NCBI GenBank assembly: GCA_964388035.1
Contig: CAYLZE010000006.1
Coordinates: 32,001 to 96,000 of the forward strand
Reading direction: 5' to 3'
Source: an uncultured archaeon
GTDB lineage: Archaea > Asgardarchaeota > Lokiarchaeia > Sigyniarchaeales > SOKP01
DNA length: 64,000 bases
Under the pieces are notes generated by a model. That model saw nothing but the letters and a program-made list of their open reading frames with translations, did not search any database and had not been told where the DNA came from. Below, one piece after another: positions 59,684 to 64,000 of this stretch. Each line of letters opens with the position of its first letter. Positions within the stretch are counted from its first letter, which is position 1. Made by a program: the position numbers and the translations under genes.

Positions 59684-60865
59684 TTAACTTTTTATTTCAA
59701 AAAACTTTACTTGCTCTACGATGAATTCACATAATTCTTTTAACAAGTGGGCATCCACATTTTCGAGAGAATCGTATTTAGAGTGCATGTATTGACCTGC
59801 TTCGGGGCTTCCAAACTCGAAGAGATTAAATTTTTTTCTGAATAGATAGATTCCATCAGTATGGACACCACGATTAATCCTGCTGATATATGTAAAAAAA
59901 CCTCTTTTCTTAGCATGAGAGCGAAAAAGTTTGAGATAATCTGGATTATTTTCTAAATTATTTTTTCCTATAAAAATCCCCACGCTTTTTTTTCCTAAAG
60001 ATTCAAAATTATTAACAATTGTTCGACGTGGATCCACTTGCTTTAACTTTTTATAGAAATATCGTATTCCCATCGTGCCCGTTTCTTCAGCCCCCGTAAG
60101 AACGAACCACAAATTCAATTTTTTCAATTTCTCAGTGTTAGGAGGTTGAGAGTAATAGTCCATGAGTTCTAAAACGCATGCCACACCAGAAGCATTATCA
60201 ATAACCCCTTTAGATTGATTATTAATAGTATTAAGAGCAAGGATCGCAAGCGTTATTAAGTTAACAGCAAGTGGAAAAGCACCGATATAATAGAATAACC
60301 GTGCAAGTTGGGGTAAAATGATGTTCTTTAATAAAATGATGATTACGCAAGCAAGCAATGAAATTATAAAGAAGAAAATGCTGATAAATCGCAATCTTAC
60401 CGTAACTCTTTGCCCTTTAGAATCCAAATGAGCAATGAAGAAAATATTTTTGACGTTATTGGTTTTATCACCTTCCATTTCTTTGGATTTTTGTCCACTC
60501 AATTTAATGTATAAATTTTGGGAATCAAGTACTTTTCCGATTCGGATATTTTCGGGATTTCTTGTTAGGATAAAGAACGGAAGAAAAAAGAGGAATGTAA
60601 TGATAAGGCTTAAGGACACGAATATCCCGCTTAAATTCAAGTAGAGTGTAAATATAATCCATAATGCTGTGGGAAAAGCAATTTTAGGATAAATACGAGA
60701 ATAAAAAGTGGAGAATTTAAAAGATTGGGTTTCAAGAGGTAAATTTAATTTTTTAATCTCTTCCTTGGCGAGAGTAAAAGCTCTATCTTCATGAATTGTT
60801 CCCGATAATCTAGGGAAGGCAAATATTTTCAAATATTCTTGGATCCTTTCTTCATTTAAGCCCAT
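59684..60865 (-). CDS. M28-family membrane-associated metallopeptidase
   Basis: FPRLSGT, AHLDS, GVIDNASG, GAEETG, HTDG, HSKYD. Confidence 0.9.
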   Translation of the reverse strand: MGLNEERIQEYLKIFAFPRLSGTIHEDRAFTLAKEEIKKLNLPLETQSFKFSTFYSRIYPKIAFPTALWIIFTLYLNLSGIFVSLSLIITFLFFLPFFILTRNPENIRIGKVLDSQNLYIKLSGQKSKEMEGDKTNNVKNIFFIAHLDSKGQRVTVRLRFISIFFFIISLLACVIIILLKNIILPQLARLFYYIGAFPLAVNLITLAILALNTINNQSKGVIDNASGVACVLELMDYYSQPPNTEKLKKLNLWFVLTGAEETGTMGIRYFYKKLKQVDPRRTIVNNFESLGKKSVGIFIGKNNLENNPDYLKLFRSHAKKRGFFTYISRINRGVHTDGIYLFRKKFNLFEFGSPEAGQYMHSKYDSLENVDAHLLKELCEFIVEQVKFFEIKS

Positions 60866-61163
60866 GATGAGTATTTAAATGAAAATCTTAAATAATATAA
60901 TTATAATAATTAAAAATAAGTAGATAATTAAAAAATCTAATAGATGTAAAAAAACTTTTACAATATTTCACGTTTTCTGGTAAATTAGTTTAAAATATGC
61001 TTTTATATCTGATTTTGGAAATTTTTATACAATTGAATTGAAGGTTAACTAAAAAAGTAACAGATGTGAAGAAATATAAGAATGAAATGATATTCATTTT
61101 AATAGAATGATGAAAGATCGATTTAGTACCATGAAATATAAGAAATCATGGTCGTGATGAAAA

Positions 61164-61451
61164 ATGGAATTAAAGCATAATATACCTACTGAGGAAATAA
61201 GCGTAGCAGCGTACTACGTGTGGCAACGGCAATATAATTATGAAATCCTTTGTTGGTTATTGGCAGAACGTCAATTACATGTGGAAAAAGAATTTACTAA
61301 ATCATCCGTTACCTTGATTAGCCAATTGGCAGAGAATATTTTTTCGTCAAAAACTCCTTATGATATCCTCTGTTGGTATATAGGATTATATAATTTATTC
61401 ATAAAAAGAAAAACATCAATCAAAGATGTAGATTCAATCTTTAAGAGATAA
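61164..61451 (+). CDS. Small protein with two DUF2934-like repeats
   Basis: EEISVAAYYVWQ...YEILCWLLAE and ISQLAENIF...YDILCWYIG. Confidence 0.6.
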   Translation: MELKHNIPTEEISVAAYYVWQRQYNYEILCWLLAERQLHVEKEFTKSSVTLISQLAENIFSSKTPYDILCWYIGLYNLFIKRKTSIKDVDSIFKR

Positions 61452-61586
61452 TTTTTAATCTCTTTTGATATATTGACAAGATTTTTGTTCTCCTATAGGA
61501 GATCTTTTATTTTTAAGAGTTCGCAAGAGATAAGGAGGATTAATTCGTATATTACTCAATAATCCAAGAAAAATAGGTGAAGAGGA

Positions 61587-62255
61587 ATGGAAAAAATTGA
61601 AGAAGAATTGAAAATAGATGAATTTAGAAGATCCTTTCTAATATATACTAGAAAAGCATTTAAGATGCTTCCAAATTTAGAAAACCCCTGCATATTAGAT
61701 ATAGGATGCGGTTCGGGAATTCCAACTTTAGAATTAGCCACATTAAGTAATGGGAAGATCATCGGAATCGATATTGACCAAAATGCTATAAGTGAATTCA
61801 AAAAGAAGATTAAAGATTCAAATTTAAGCAAGAGGATTAAAGCTTTAAATCTCTCCTTGTTTGATGTAAATTTTCCTAAGGAATGTTTTGATATAATATG
61901 GGCAGAAGGTGCTGTAGGTCCTATTGGGTTTGAAAAAGCGTTAAGACATTGCAAGCGTTTATTAAAACCCAATGGATTCATGGTAATCCATGATGATCTG
62001 AAAAAGAAAGAAGAGAAATTAGAAATGATTTTAAAAGATGGATATGAATTACATGACATGTTTGAATTACCTGAGGATACGTGGGGTATTGAATATTATC
62101 AACCATTAGAAATCAAAATGAAAGAGTTTCGTATCAAGCATAAAGAATCACCTCAGATAATGGAGAAATTAAAGAAATACCAAGATGAGATCAATGCATT
62201 TAAGAACGATCCAAGCGATTTCAAATCCATTTTTTATATTATAAAAAGAATCTGA
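61587..62255 (+). CDS. Class I SAM-dependent methyltransferase
   Basis: ILDIGCGSG, IGIDID, FDIIWAEG, LLKPNG. Confidence 0.92.
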   Translation: MEKIEEELKIDEFRRSFLIYTRKAFKMLPNLENPCILDIGCGSGIPTLELATLSNGKIIGIDIDQNAISEFKKKIKDSNLSKRIKALNLSLFDVNFPKECFDIIWAEGAVGPIGFEKALRHCKRLLKPNGFMVIHDDLKKKEEKLEMILKDGYELHDMFELPEDTWGIEYYQPLEIKMKEFRIKHKESPQIMEKLKKYQDEINAFKNDPSDFKSIFYIIKRI

Positions 62256-62367
62256 AGAAAATTTGGATGCAAATTAAAACCAGATTATTATCTCTTTCAA
62301 AATTATTTTTTAAAATGATGGGTGATCAAAAAGTTACCTTTTTTAACATTTATCTAGAAATAAATGA

Positions 62368-62586
62368 ATGAAAGAGATTTCTAAGAAAGTTGAGAATGAA
62401 AAAATATGTGACAATAACATGTGGGATAAAATAAATGAGTGCCTTAGAAATGATGATTATGAATTACTGAAGGCGCATTTTGGCCGAGATGATTTAAGCT
62501 TACAAATTATTGATATGCTGCCCAAGTTAGGTAAAATTAAAGTGTCTATTGAAGATTTTCAATCGGGAACTATTCTTGGAAAATAG
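62368..62586 (+). CDS. Small hypothetical protein
   Basis: 72-aa ORF with protein-like composition. Confidence 0.5.
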   Translation: MKEISKKVENEKICDNNMWDKINECLRNDDYELLKAHFGRDDLSLQIIDMLPKLGKIKVSIEDFQSGTILGK

Positions 62587-62670
62587 AAGATCTCTAAAGG
62601 ATGAAAATGACCATTCTATTTTTACTTACTTCTAAAAAAAAAAAGAGAAAAGGAAAAACGGTGGCAACCG

Positions 62671-62712
62671 GAAATCGCTAATCTTCTAAGATTTTTAAGA
62701 TTAGGTCATATT
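62671..62712 (-). promoter_or_regulatory. Candidate eukaryote-like SECIS element in the 3' UTR
   Basis: RNA AUGAC-CUAAUCUU-AAAAAUCUUAG-AAGAUUAG-CGAU: AUGA/GA core, perfect 8-bp helix, apical adenosines; starts 10 nt after the stop of a UGA-containing gene. Confidence 0.8.
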
Positions 62713-62719
62713 TTTATGG

Positions 62720-63067
62720 TTATTTATATTTCAAGAACAGGTAGTTTCTACTCCATTTAAACATTTTATAAATCTTGGCATCCATGATGAAATCTTCGGG
62801 ATGTTCAAAATCGCCAAATAATGGTCGTTCTAAGTAGACTTGAATCGTTTTTTCACCAACTTTAAGTTCCGTCCATTTATCAACACTATCATACTTTCTC
62901 ACTTCACTTTCGGATAGCATTTGTACCATAATTTGGCAAGATGTTCCTGATCAGGATCGCATGAAATATCGATACACCAAGATGACAATTGGTTCTGCAT
63001 TTTCGTTCTCTAAGGTTTGCTCTAATTGTTCTTGAATTACTTGTTTAGCATCTTCAGTTACTTGCAT
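62720..63067 (-). CDS. Putative selenoprotein with HesB/IscA-like fold (115 aa, Sec at codon 39)
   Basis: ATG 63067 gives MQVTEDAKQVIQEQLEQTLENENAEPIVILVYRYFMRS-UGA-SGTSCQI in frame with the 69-aa ORF 62720-62929; TGA at 62951-62953; downstream SECIS-like hairpin. Confidence 0.8.
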
Positions 63068-63196
63068 TTTTTAAGTGATATTTCTTTTCTTAAAAAAATG
63101 GTATATATCCCTAAAATCTTAAGCTTATATTTTAAAATTATTTAAAAAAAAAGCTTTAAATAATATTTGTTTTGGGAAATATTTAGATCATGATTC

Positions 63197-63979
63197 TTAA
63201 ATTTCTTTTTCTTCTTTTATTTTGGGCTTGTATTTAACCATGATCACGATGATTACCCACAATATATAAAGCATTACGACTCCGCTTATCCAACCGTTTT
63301 CACCGCCCTCTTCCATAGTAAATATAGACAAAAATCCTAACGAAATGACTCCCAAAAGAGCAAAGAATACCATCATAATGACTTTACCTAAAAAACAATA
63401 AATCAGCGTCTTTTTCTTATCGTATTTAAGGAAACCCAATGTCGTTAATAAAATAGATTCTGGCAAGGGCGTAGCTCCGAATAATAAGATTATAAAGGGA
63501 ATTAATTTAGGTTTCTTTAAAATAAGCTGACTCCACGGATTTTGTAATTCATGAGACTCTCGACTGATTAGACTCTGAGTACCTCTGCCAATCACCCAAT
63601 CTAGCATGTCTCCCAAAGTATTAGAAATAGCTGCAGATAGAACTAATAATATAATCAATATCCACGCATCTTCTTTAGATAGTAACCAAGTTGCGGTAAA
63701 AGCGGTGATAGGAATGGCATAGGGCACGGGAATAGGAATGATCGCTCCAATGAAACATACTAATATCGTAAAACCGATTGCTATATATACAGGAATAGCA
63801 TCAAGGGCTTCAGAACCAAACCAGTTGCTCATATCGAATACATTCCCTACGTTTTGATAAAGTGCAGATAATATGGTGACTACGATTATCACTCCCAGAA
63901 AGAGAATCAGGATTATATTGATTTTTTTCTGAGACTTTTTCACCTTTTTCTCTTCCAGTATATTATTATTTTCAGTCAT
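63197..63979 (-). CDS. DedA/VTT (SNARE-associated)-like membrane protein
   Basis: IIPIPVP, GDMLDWVIGR, FGATPLPES...G, GKVI. Confidence 0.75.
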   Translation of the reverse strand: MTENNNILEEKKVKKSQKKINIILILFLGVIIVVTILSALYQNVGNVFDMSNWFGSEALDAIPVYIAIGFTILVCFIGAIIPIPVPYAIPITAFTATWLLSKEDAWILIILLVLSAAISNTLGDMLDWVIGRGTQSLISRESHELQNPWSQLILKKPKLIPFIILLFGATPLPESILLTTLGFLKYDKKKTLIYCFLGKVIMMVFFALLGVISLGFLSIFTMEEGGENGWISGVVMLYILWVIIVIMVKYKPKIKEEKEI

Positions 63980-64000
63980 TATGATAGTTTATTCAACGTG

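Noticed and set aside
61556-62059. 167-aa antisense ORF and other opposite-strand or nested ORFs (e.g. 37960-38394, 40408-40830, 53722-54168, 24011-24352)
   Set aside because: Shadows of well-supported genes, with no motifs
1-64000. Mobile elements or an integrated element at the tRNA-Gln
   Set aside because: No transposase, integrase, terminal inverted repeats or duplicated tRNA 3' end seen

Overview
AT-rich archaeal chromosome segment, most likely Asgard (Lokiarchaeia-like). The basis is two Rab/Ras-like small GTPases, roadblock/LC7 proteins, a membrane-longin fusion, ribophorin-I and Sec61beta, plus archaeal housekeeping genes (trm1, radB, trmY, rpS26e, MetAP2, tRNA-Gln). About 1-34 kb is mostly core genes, including a glycosylation/translocon cluster. 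About 34-64 kb is accessory transport, metabolism and signalling. No CRISPR, rRNA or transposase was seen. The strongest signals are absent from the ORF track: (1) a HesB/IscA-like candidate selenoprotein (62720-63067, minus) with an in-frame UGA and a eukaryote-type AUGA/GA SECIS hairpin 10 nt after the stop; (2) a 43-aa peptide with three CKCGGDC repeats differing only at synonymous sites (56837-56968), a metallothionein or multi-core RiPP candidate; (3) rpS26e and cbiM, which appear to start at ACG behind good Shine-Dalgarno sites, a probable ATT start for cbiO, and a tRNA-Gln with C33; (4) three pairs of palindromic operators; (5) a decayed ~460 bp duplication. All family calls come from motifs recognised by eye, with no database search.
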